Assembly (NCBI GenBank): GCA_044869275.1
Contig: JBIOXB010000104.1
Span: 1-24,623 of the forward strand
Length of the DNA stretch: 24,623 nucleotides
From: a bacterium
GTDB lineage: Bacteria; Zhuqueibacterota; Zhuqueibacteria; Zhuqueibacterales; Zhuqueibacteraceae
Direction of reading: 5' to 3'
A program made the position numbers and the translations under genes. Below, piece after piece: positions 1-9,300 of this stretch. The notes below the pieces were generated by a model. The model ran no database searches and was not told where the DNA came from. It saw only the letters and a program-made list of their open reading frames with translations. Within the stretch, counting starts at the first letter, position 1, and every line of letters begins with the position of its first letter.

Positions 1-50
1 CTCCCCCCGTCTCCCACTCCCCCCGTCCCCCCCCTCCCCCCGTCCCCCCC
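1..50. repeat. C-rich tandem repeat (CTCCCCCCGT core, 3 copies), truncated by window edge
   Basis: CTCCCCCCGT occurs at 1, 17 and 34 (16-17 nt period) and abuts the stop codon of the sigma-54 activator. Confidence 0.85.
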
Positions 51-1421
51 TCAAGCCTCCGGAGGGCGTAAGCCCAAGGCTTTGAGCTTGGTGGTGACGT
101 GGCTGCGATCCATGCCTGCGAATTCCGCGGTCTTGCTCACGTTGTTGCGGAAGCGCTGGAGCAATTGCGAAAAATACTGGCGCTCGAAGTTTTCCTTTGC
201 TTCTTTGTAAGGCAAATGTGAATGATCCGGCGCCGCGGAAGCCTGCGCGTTGACCAGCCGCGACTGGATGGTTTCCGGCTGAATGTCCGCGGAGTTCTCC
301 ATGAGCACGGCGAAAGTGATGAGATTTTCCAGCTCGCGTACGTTTCCAGGAAAATGATAATGCTCGAGCAGCTCCAGAGCTTGCCGGGAAATGCCGCGGA
401 TCGTCTTGCCGTTTTTGCGATTGCATTTCTTGATGAAATGCTCCGCCAGCAGCGGGATGTCGCCGTGGCGCTCGCGCAAAGGCGGAATCTCGATCACGAT
501 CTGATTCAGCCGGAAAAACAGGTCGTGCCGGAAGCGCCCTGCTTCCACTTCCTTTTGCAGGATCTTATTGGTGGCAGCAATGATGCGCACTTCCACTTTC
601 CGGAGCCGGTTGTCACCCACACGCTCGAAAATCTTTTCCTGCAGAAAGCGCAGAAACTTGAGCTGCAAGTGAGAAGAAAGATCGCCGATCTCGTCCAAAA
701 AAAGTGTCGAGCCGTTGGCGAGCTCGAACTTGCCGATGCGGTTCGCAATGGCACCGGTGAAAGCGCCTTTCACGTGCCCAAAAAGCTCGCTTTCCGCCAT
801 GTTTTCCGGCAGGCCGGCACAATCGGCCTTGATCATGGTTTCGTGCCGGCGACGGCTGCTGTCGTGAATCGCAACCGCGACCAGGTTCTTGCCCGTGCCG
901 CTTTCGCCGACGAGAAGGATACTCTCCTCCGTTTCCGCCACGCGGTGAATCAAACTGAAAACCCGGCGCATGGCTTCGCTTTGCGCCACGATATCCTCGA
1001 ACTGGTATTGGCGCTTGACTTCCTCGAGCTCGTAGTAGTTATTCCGCTCCAGCCGAAACTGATTGACCGCGGTTTCAATGCGCTGCCGCAAACTGGGAAA
1101 GTCGATCGGCTTCTCAAAGAAATCAAATGCGCCCGCCCGCATCGCTCTTGCCGAAGTATCGTCTTCGGCATGGCCGGTCAGGATGATGATGCAGATGTTG
1201 GGCTCTCTTTGGTGAAGCTTTTCCAGAACGTCGAAGCCGTCCAGGTCCGGCAGGATGAGATCCAAAAGAATGGCCTGGAAATTATCTTTGCTGGCCATAT
1301 TGAGCGCCATGCGGCCCGTGGCGGCTTGCTCGGTTTTGTAGCCTTCGTCCTTTAACCAGCGCGCCAATTGCTCCCGCATCGGTTGCTCGTCGTCAACGAT
1401 GAGAATCTTGAAAGGATTCAT
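51..1421 (-). CDS. Sigma-54-dependent response regulator, NtrC family (REC-AAA+-Fis HTH)
   Basis: REC motifs ILIVDDE, LLDL, FEKP; Walker A GESGTGK; intact GAFTGA; Walker B FLDEIG; RFRHDLFFRL; FPGNVRELEN; C-terminal HTH. Start moved to MNPFKIL (ATG 1421, or GTG 1424) after GGGGAG, which removes the overlap with the upstream gene. Confidence 0.96.
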   Translation of the reverse strand: MNPFKILIVDDEQPMREQLARWLKDEGYKTEQAATGRMALNMASKDNFQAILLDLILPDLDGFDVLEKLHQREPNICIIILTGHAEDDTSARAMRAGAFDFFEKPIDFPSLRQRIETAVNQFRLERNNYYELEEVKRQYQFEDIVAQSEAMRRVFSLIHRVAETEESILLVGESGTGKNLVAVAIHDSSRRRHETMIKADCAGLPENMAESELFGHVKGAFTGAIANRIGKFELANGSTLFLDEIGDLSSHLQLKFLRFLQEKIFERVGDNRLRKVEVRIIAATNKILQKEVEAGRFRHDLFFRLNQIVIEIPPLRERHGDIPLLAEHFIKKCNRKNGKTIRGISRQALELLEHYHFPGNVRELENLITFAVLMENSADIQPETIQSRLVNAQASAAPDHSHLPYKEAKENFERQYFSQLLQRFRNNVSKTAEFAGMDRSHVTTKLKALGLRPPEA

Positions 1422-1429
1422 CACAGCGT

Positions 1430-4400
1430 TTACTCCCCAAAAGTTTTCGTTGCACTTCTTTGTATGATGGTGGATTTCAACAACAGGCACTGATCGACCA
1501 AGGCGAGTATTTTTTCCCAGAACGAGGTATTGATCTCCAGAAAAAAGTCGCAGTACATTTCGGGAAAGCCCAATTGATCCAGCGACGCCGAGGTCAGAAT
1601 GATCGGCGTGGCCGGCGAGTTTTTTTTGAAGGCGGGCACGAAATCGATGGCGGTTTGCGTAGCAGTATAGTCCTTGCGCAAATGAAAATCCGAAACGATC
1701 ACGTCGAAGTCGTTTTGCAGGCAGCATTCCACGGCTTTCGTGCCCGACTCCGTGCCGGTGACTTTGTGCCCTTCTCCGGACAGAAGCTGCATGATTTTCG
1801 CGAGCATGTCGGTGTCGTCATTGATGACGAGAACGTTGCCGCGGGGTTTCCTGCTCACTTTTTGTGGAGGCGCACCCGTTTGAGTCTTTTCAGGCGATTT
1901 TTTTCCGCGTGGCGTTGGGCCTTCCCATTCCAAGGGCAGATTCACGACCACGGTGGTGCCGTGCCCCGGGGTGCTTTGCAGAATCAGCTTACCGTGATGA
2001 TCGGCTTCGACGATGCGTTTGGTAAGCGCCAGGCCGAGGCCGTAACCCTTCTCCTTGGTCGTGAAGAACGGCCGCAAGACTTCGTTGAGAATCTCCTCCG
2101 AAATGCCCGTGCCGGAATCCGAAAAGAGAATGCGCACCCAGCCCTCGTGACATTCCGCGCCAATGCGCAAGGTACCGCCGTCGGGCATGGCGTCGAGCGC
2201 ATTCGACATCACGTTGAAAAAGGCGCGCGCCAAACGGCCCGGGTCGGCATATAACGGCAGCGTCAAGGAAGCCTCGTCGGTGCGGATATCGACTTCCTGG
2301 CGCCGGGCACGCGCCGCCACCCATTGCACGGCTTCTTCCATGACACTGTGCAGGGGGCACCACGACATCTCTGGCGGAAATTTATATGCCCGGCTCTTGA
2401 GAAAATTGGCAAAATCTTCGATTTTTTTCACGTAAGCATTGATGCTCCGGATTGCGCTATTGAGTGCTTCGACGTTCAATTTGTGGTCGCGTTCGCGTTT
2501 TTCGAGCCACTGCGTTTCCCCGGCAATCATCGAAGAGAAATTCTTGATGTCATGTGTAAAGCCGGCAATGGTTTCGTCGATAATGGCGGTGTCCAAAGCC
2601 TTCGTGAGGCCAATTTGCGCATTGGCCAATTCCTCGCTCAGGCGCGCATTGGCAATGGCCACGCCTGCTTCGTTGGCGATTCCTTTGAGCAGCCGGAGAT
2701 CGGCCTCACCAAAATCGTCCTCGATCACACTTTCCATGGTAATCACGCCGAGGGCGTGGCGGTCGAAAAGAATGGGAACGAACAGCGCGGACTTGATCTG
2801 TGGCCCGGTCGGCGTATACAGCGCCTCCGGAGAGGCGGTGTCCGCGCAGAGATAATGCGTTTTGTTCTTGAGGACCCAGCCTTCGCGAGTGCGCTCATCC
2901 CAAAACTCGAACAGTTTTTTTTCGGCCCCAGCGTTGAGGCCGCGGGTCTCGCGCAGGAGAAACTCTCCCGTTTCGGGATTGACCAGGGTTACACTGAAGT
3001 TGCGCTTGTCCTTGCCGATGGCTTTCAGGCCCTCGCGGCAAATGGTGCCGAGCACGCCTTTGACATTGCGATGAGCGTTTATTTTCGTGCCGATGCGATA
3101 CAATGCCTCCAGCTCCTTGACGCGCACATCGCACAGCTCGCCGATCTTGTGGGCGACGGCGGCGTTGTGCGCAACTGCCGTCAGCGCTTCCTGGTCTTGC
3201 TCGCTAAAATCGTCCAAGCACAGGCTTTGCAAATCGATGACGCCAATGGTTTCGTCGCGAAAAACGAGCGGTATGGCCAGCTCTGATTTGATCGCCGGAT
3301 GCGTGGGGCGATAGTACGCGTCGCGCCGCACGTCCTTGGCGAGACGCGGCTCGCCATGATTGAGCACCCACGCCACCAGGCTGCGTTGGTAAATGCTCAG
3401 GGACCTGCCCAGCAGCTCATGGGCGAAGGCTTCGCCGTCCGCGGCTTTCAAAATGAGCTTGCCTCGTTCACTGTCCTTGATCCATACTAAAGCGACTTTG
3501 TTTTCGCGCCCAACGACGTTGAGACATTCGCTGGCGATGAGATTCAATATCTCCTGCATGCTGTTCTCATGGCTCAGCGCCTCGCCGATGCTGTTGGCGC
3601 TCATGACTTCCTGCGTTTTCTTTTCGGCAATACCAAAAAGGCGCTTGTTGCGATGCGTGATCGCGATGGCGTCCGCCAGCAACGACAGCAATTGCATCTG
3701 CGCCGGACGCAGAATTGTCGCCGTGCTGCCCGCCACCACCAAACAACCATGCGGTTCGTTGTCCACCAAGCCCGGCACGGCGAGTTCCCAACGCAGGTCT
3801 TCCCATAATGCAAAATACCGGAAGCTGGCGCCGCTGTCAACGCTCTCGACATTGTCCAAATACAGCGGCAGCCCGGTCTTGATGACATGTCCCGCTATGC
3901 CCTCGCCGTTTTCGATTTCCGGTCGTTGCGGCAACGGCTCCGGTGCATTCTCCGCAAAGCGGAAGCGCCAATCTTCTTCGCCGGGTTTGCGATAAACCAT
4001 ATAAGCGTGCTCCGTGCCGGTGATTTCTCCGGCCAGGCGCAGTATCTTATGGCTGATGGAGTCCAACTCCGTGTGTTTCCCGGCTTCTTGCAGGAGCAGG
4101 CGTACCTCCGCGAGCTCGTCGAAATAGCGCTGCAAATCCAGATGCATTTCGGTGTTTTGCAGGGCGAGTGCAGCGTAAGCAGCAAGGGATTCCAGCATTT
4201 TGATTTCGCTGCCGGTGAATTGCCGCGGCTTGCCCAGAGCGAGATTGATGACTCCCAGAATTTGTCCGGCGGCTTTGAGGGGCAAGCACGCCATGGCGCC
4301 CAGGTTGTATTTGAGCGCTATTTCACGACCAGTGAAATCCGGGCATTCGATTTCGTCGGTCACGTCGCTCACCACACGCGTGCGGCCCACCTGCGCCACC

Positions 4401-5785
4401 CAGCCGGCGATGCCCTGGCCCACCCGCAATGTGAAGGAGCTCATTTCATCCTGGCTTAAACCAATCGCATCGGCGATGTGCAAAAAGCCGCTGCCGTGAT
4501 CCTGCAACATGAGCGAGCAGCTTTTGGTGTTATCCACAATGTTCATGAAGGCTTCGTTGATGCTGCGCAAGATGTTGCCGCGCTCGAGATTGCCGCTGAT
4601 CATGTGCAGATTGCCCGTGAGCGCGTTCAGGTTGTCTTTGACCTCTTCCAGCTCGTGTACAGCTTTGGACAGCAATTCACGCGTACGCTGGTGATCCTGC
4701 GGTGAAGAGTAGAGATTGGCCAGCCGCTCGACCGTGAAATAATCATGAAACGCAGCTTCGTATATGCGATTGCGCACACGATAAAAGCCGTTGTGTTCGG
4801 CCAGCGCGCCCAGCGCCACCAAAGTTTTGCTGTTGGGGTCGAATTTGCTGGTACTCACCGTGCCGAGTTGCATGTTGTGCCGCAAACATTCCACCAATTG
4901 ATGGTCTTTTTCAATTTGGGTCATCACCATTTCGACGTTGGTGTCGCCCTCTTTCACAATGCTGTCGATCGCGGCTTCGGCGTTTTGCAGGGAAAACCCT
5001 GGCGGCTCTTGCCGCACGAAGGCCGTCTCCAAAATCCGGTAGCAAATTTTTTGCGCCAAATAGCCCGTGCCGGAAGTGGCCTCATAGAGCATGCGGGCGA
5101 AACCGGTGGCGAGGGGGAGGCGCAGATGATGCGCGACACGGCGTAACATCTCCTCTATGTCCTCGCAGCGAAAATCTTCCACTTGCGCGCGCATGGCATA
5201 CTCACCGAACGAATGGCCAGGATCGATTTGCAGGTCATTTGTGCCCAGCATGCCACTGATCATAAACTGAAAACGTGAGAGCTGCGCGTCCGTTGCTCGT
5301 GATTGCTGCAAATGCAGCAAAATCCGGAAGATTTCATGAATTAATACTTTGGGAAATGTCTCAACACCGTCTAAAATGAAAATGATCTTACCGTTGGGTG
5401 CAAGTTGCTTCGCGACTTCGACCATGGTGTTTTTGAGCTGATGCAAGTCGGGCGCTGCTCCCGCGCGCTCCACGCTGGCCGCCGCCGGATAAAGCGCTTG
5501 CAAGCGCCGGCGCAACAAACGACACCATTCATCCAATTGTGGCTGCGCCAGTTCCTCGGGCTTGATGAGCACGAACTGATAACCCAACTGGCGCATTTCA
5601 CATTCGTGAATGAGCGACAGCAAAAAACTGGTTTTGCCGATTTTCTTGCCGCCGGAAACAACGTACCAATTGCCGAATTCCAGGCCCGAGATCGTTTTGG
5701 CCATCAACGTTTTTCGGCTGATCGTGATCAGATCGTCTTGGCCCGGCTGCAAAGGCCGCTTGTAAGCAAAGGGATTGGCATACAT
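1430..5785 (-). CDS. Hybrid histidine kinase: N-terminal AAA_35/STAND-like P-loop domain, 4 GAF domains, HisKA, HATPase, atypical REC
   Basis: P-loop SGGKKIGKTS, IFILDGVE, TSGTGYLAQKIC, RNRIYEAAF; four GAF-like units; H-box GFTHDIKN; N-box NVMSNALDAM; DSGTGI, PFFTTK, GYGLGL; C-terminal VLVINDD...IVSD receiver. No transmembrane segment seen. Confidence 0.92.
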   Translation of the reverse strand: MYANPFAYKRPLQPGQDDLITISRKTLMAKTISGLEFGNWYVVSGGKKIGKTSFLLSLIHECEMRQLGYQFVLIKPEELAQPQLDEWCRLLRRRLQALYPAAASVERAGAAPDLHQLKNTMVEVAKQLAPNGKIIFILDGVETFPKVLIHEIFRILLHLQQSRATDAQLSRFQFMISGMLGTNDLQIDPGHSFGEYAMRAQVEDFRCEDIEEMLRRVAHHLRLPLATGFARMLYEATSGTGYLAQKICYRILETAFVRQEPPGFSLQNAEAAIDSIVKEGDTNVEMVMTQIEKDHQLVECLRHNMQLGTVSTSKFDPNSKTLVALGALAEHNGFYRVRNRIYEAAFHDYFTVERLANLYSSPQDHQRTRELLSKAVHELEEVKDNLNALTGNLHMISGNLERGNILRSINEAFMNIVDNTKSCSLMLQDHGSGFLHIADAIGLSQDEMSSFTLRVGQGIAGWVAQVGRTRVVSDVTDEIECPDFTGREIALKYNLGAMACLPLKAAGQILGVINLALGKPRQFTGSEIKMLESLAAYAALALQNTEMHLDLQRYFDELAEVRLLLQEAGKHTELDSISHKILRLAGEITGTEHAYMVYRKPGEEDWRFRFAENAPEPLPQRPEIENGEGIAGHVIKTGLPLYLDNVESVDSGASFRYFALWEDLRWELAVPGLVDNEPHGCLVVAGSTATILRPAQMQLLSLLADAIAITHRNKRLFGIAEKKTQEVMSANSIGEALSHENSMQEILNLIASECLNVVGRENKVALVWIKDSERGKLILKAADGEAFAHELLGRSLSIYQRSLVAWVLNHGEPRLAKDVRRDAYYRPTHPAIKSELAIPLVFRDETIGVIDLQSLCLDDFSEQDQEALTAVAHNAAVAHKIGELCDVRVKELEALYRIGTKINAHRNVKGVLGTICREGLKAIGKDKRNFSVTLVNPETGEFLLRETRGLNAGAEKKLFEFWDERTREGWVLKNKTHYLCADTASPEALYTPTGPQIKSALFVPILFDRHALGVITMESVIEDDFGEADLRLLKGIANEAGVAIANARLSEELANAQIGLTKALDTAIIDETIAGFTHDIKNFSSMIAGETQWLEKRERDHKLNVEALNSAIRSINAYVKKIEDFANFLKSRAYKFPPEMSWCPLHSVMEEAVQWVAARARRQEVDIRTDEASLTLPLYADPGRLARAFFNVMSNALDAMPDGGTLRIGAECHEGWVRILFSDSGTGISEEILNEVLRPFFTTKEKGYGLGLALTKRIVEADHHGKLILQSTPGHGTTVVVNLPLEWEGPTPRGKKSPEKTQTGAPPQKVSRKPRGNVLVINDDTDMLAKIMQLLSGEGHKVTGTESGTKAVECCLQNDFDVIVSDFHLRKDYTATQTAIDFVPAFKKNSPATPIILTSASLDQLGFPEMYCDFFLEINTSFWEKILALVDQCLLLKSTIIQRSATKTFGE

Positions 5786-5819
5786 TACGTCAAGCCACCG
5801 TAGAGGTTCTGTTCATCAA

Positions 5820-5915
5820 GGGGGGTGGATTATGGGATTGAGCGAGTGCGGGATTGACGGGCTTACGACAGTCTGTCAATCCATTGATCCAACACTCCAA
5901 TAATCCAACCCTCCC
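5820..5915. repeat. Imperfect inverted repeat built partly from 8-nt TCCA-periodic units
   Basis: Inner stem GGATTGACGGGC (5851-5862) / GTCTGTCAATCC (5871-5882); outer arms TGGATTATGGGATTG / CAACACTCCAATAATCCA; TCCA at 5880, 5888, 5896, 5904. Confidence 0.75.
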
Positions 5916-5932
5916 GTTCCGTTTTGCGCAGA

Positions 5933-6340
5933 TCATAATTGCAAACTCTGCAGGTACGTCGCAATCACTTTATCAAAGGGGACGGGCTTCTTAAGATAAT
6001 CCATGACCCCCAGCCTTTTCATTTTTTCCTCAACCTCGGCGTTACCCACGGCTGTGAGCACCACTACTTTGAGTTGCGGATCGCAATGCGGAATGTGTGC
6101 ACCGCGGATCAGCTCCAGCAGATGCAATCCACTGCGCCGCGGATTGACATCTCCGGCAAAAGCATGGCCCGGATCGAACATGACGTCAAGCGAGAGCAAA
6201 TCGAACCGGTCGAGTTGCAGTTGGGCCACGGCCGCATCGGCGTTTGGGGCCGCGACGCAGGCGATGTTCCTCTGTTCCAGGCAATAGAAATAGGGATTCA
6301 CCCCGCGCGCCTCGTCTTCGACAAAAAGGATGCGTGCCAT
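5933..6340 (-). CDS. Single-domain response regulator (receiver only)
   Basis: ILFVEDE, LSLDVM (phospho-Asp), VVLTA, YLKKP; starts 3 nt after the upstream kinase stop. Confidence 0.93.
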   Translation of the reverse strand: MARILFVEDEARGVNPYFYCLEQRNIACVAAPNADAAVAQLQLDRFDLLSLDVMFDPGHAFAGDVNPRRSGLHLLELIRGAHIPHCDPQLKVVVLTAVGNAEVEEKMKRLGVMDYLKKPVPFDKVIATYLQSLQL

Positions 6341-6343
6341 GGT

Positions 6344-9300
6344 TCACTTCTCCCGGCGATGTTTGGGCAATATGACGCGAAACGTGGTCCAATAATCTTG
6401 ATATTCCCTGATTTTTTGCGGATTTTTCGTGGCCGGCTCGCTCTTGACTTTGACCTCTCCGCCGTGCTTGAGAATGATTTCCCGGCAAATCTTCAAGCCC
6501 AGGCCTGTGCCCGGAATGTAACGCATCTTGTCCCGGGCATCGCCGCGTGAGAAGCCCTTGAAAATGGTTTCGAGCTCGTGCGCGGGAATGCCCAAGCCGC
6601 GATCGGTGATCTCGAAATTCAGATTGGTGCCATCGTCGTACCCGTTGATGATGATGAGCCGGTTGTAATGCGAATACTTGATGGCGTTGTCGATCAAATT
6701 GTTGATCGCCTGCTCCATGCGATCGCGATCGAATTCGATTCTGGGCAGGCGCTTGACGCCGTCTTTGACGGTGAAGCGCAGGCCCCGTTCCAGCGCACGG
6801 AAATTGTACACGCTGATACAGGCATCGATGAGATCCTGCAAATAACCGGCCTTGAAAACGTATTCCAGTTTCTCGCGCGTGCGGTCGCTGAGCAGCAGGG
6901 TATTATCCATGTGCCGCTTGGCGCGCATGATCTCCTCCTCGATGGCGCCCACGTATTGGTCGATTTCCTTGTCCAGCCGGCTTTGCTCGAGCCGGAATTT
7001 CAAGCCGCCGACTTGCGTCATGATGTTGTGCAACGGCGCACGAAACTCATGCGCGGTCTCGGCGATGTTCGATTCCAGCCGGTCGATTTTGATCAGATCG
7101 CGAATGTTGCGGATCGCGATGGCCACCTGTTGCGCGAAAGTTTCCACCACTTTCATGCGCTTGCCCAGCACGATTTCATCGCCGTGCACCAGTTCGGAGT
7201 GGTCGGTGAGGTCGATTTGCAGTGTGCCTATGGCTTTGTCTTTCGCAATCAACGGAATGACGTACTGCGATTTGATGCCGGCCCTGTGGATGAGCTCCGT
7301 ATCGCAGCGCGCGTCCGTTTCGCAATCTTTAACCCAGATGGGGCTTTTTGTGCGCAGCGCTTGTGCCAGAATGTCCTTGCTCTTGAGTTCGCAGTGCGTC
7401 CGGTGCACGATCGCTTTCCAGTTTTCGCCGATGGCGTGGCGGCCTTCGATCGTGCTCGTGGCTTCGTTGACCAGCGAGAGCATGCCTTTGGCATACCCGA
7501 TGCTGAGCAGGCTGCCGAAGATCCTTTCTATCGCCTCCTTTTCCGTGGCCGCGTTGAGAATTTCGATGCTCGCCTGGTTGAGCGCATCTAGCTGCATCTC
7601 GAGCTCGTTGCGCAGGGCCAATTCCTGTTTCATCTGATTCAAGAGATTGGCCTGCTCGATGCCGATGCCGGCGAGATTTACGATGCGCTGCAAGGTTTCG
7701 ATCTCGTCCGAGGCGATCTCGGATTTGTGCGCTTTGTCGTGACCGGTCTCGAGCGTGCCGAGCACTTCGCCGCGCGCGAAGATCGGAATGATGGTCCGCA
7801 CCCAGCGCTTGTGCCCGAACTTTTCGAAAATGTCCTGGTCGAGGCGTTTATCCCAGCCGGTGAGATATTCGGGTTGCTTGTGGCGGGCGACCCAGGCTTG
7901 GATGTCTTTGCTATCCAGGGAATGCCAGGCGGCGCGCAAGAATTCCTCCGGCACACCTCTGCCCTTGATCGTGCCGATGGCGCGTTTGGCGGGATCGACA
8001 ATGGAAATCGTCGCGTATTCGAATCCCAAAATATCCACGACGGCGTTCAAGATACTCTCCAGAATTTGATCCTCGACCGGATCTTTTCCGGTGGCCGCTT
8101 GCTGTACCATGTCTATGGCCCGCAAACGGGTAATGATGTCGTTTTTGGAAGCAATGAGATGAGCGTTCTCCAGCGCCACGGCCGCGTGGTTGGCGAGCGT
8201 GGTGAGAAAGTACAAATCATTGTTCGAGAAGGCCTTCAACTCTTCGCTGTCAACACTGATGACGCCGCGTTTTTTGATGTTGCCGGTTTCTTTTTCGATA
8301 TATGTGACCGGCACGATGAGCTTGGATCTCACGTTTTGAAAAATGGCGTTATAGCGATCAATCGGGAGCGCCGGCACGTCGTTGTAGAGCATGGGTCTTT
8401 GAATCTGAAAAACGTATCCGGTGACGCCCTTTTCTTTCGGCGTAAACGCCACCGGAAATTCTTTCTCGTCCGGAAGCCTTGAATTCAACGCTTTGAAGAC
8501 CAGGACGTCCTTCTTGTCGTCATAGAGCTTGAAATAGGCACGCACGCTGTTCGGCAAACGTAGGCATAGTTTGGTGATCTGTTCCAGAATATCATCGATA
8601 TTGTGCGTTTCCACCAGCGACCGGCCGGCGTCCAGCAGGGCTCTGATCTCGCGCTGATCCTTGGCAATGCCGATAGTGCCGGTTTCTTGGCCATGCTCGT
8701 TGTGCAGCAAGCTCACGGACAAGCTGATTGGAATCGGTTCGCCCTCTTTGTCGGTGAAAGTGGTTTCGTAGTTTTTGAGGCGTTTGTCCTTCCTGCGACG
8801 CACCTGGCGCAAAATATCGCGAGCCTTGTCCTTGCCGGTGGAATTCTCATCGGAGGGATAACGCTCGGTGACGTGACAACCCACGAAATCACCGAACAAA
8901 TTTTTCGCGCCCTGGTTCATATATCGAATCCAGCCGTCATTGTCGCACATCACCACTGGATCAGGTGTGCTTTCGACGATGAGCTGATAATCTTTCAGCG
9001 TCTTTAGCAGATGCGCGTTCTTGATCGAAATCACCAGTTTGGCAGCGAGCACCTTCATGAGTGGTTCGTCCAGCTCTTTCGAAAAACCGGCGTTCTGAAT
9101 GGGCTGGCCGTCCGGCCCCAACTTGTTATAGGCCAAAAGCAGGCCGATCAGGTTGTCGCCATCGAGCATCGGATGCGCCAGCTCGGAGTATACTTTTTGC
9201 GAATCTAAGAAATCCACCGGATTTTCTGGATTGCGCGCGGGATGTTCATCGAGGGCTTTGCCGTAGATATTGAAGATTTCCTTGCGAAAAGCGATGTAGC

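Noticed and set aside
222..1355. 377-aa plus-strand ORF
   Set aside because: Antisense shadow of the sigma-54 activator with no recognisable motifs.
1425..1727. N-terminal extension of the 558-aa ORF
   Set aside because: Overlaps the upstream kinase CDS in another frame; the receiver begins at MNPFKIL with its own SD.
2324..8482. Long plus-strand ORFs such as 2324-3286, 6578-7591 and 7727-8482
   Set aside because: Antisense shadows of the two kinases, expected from codon bias.
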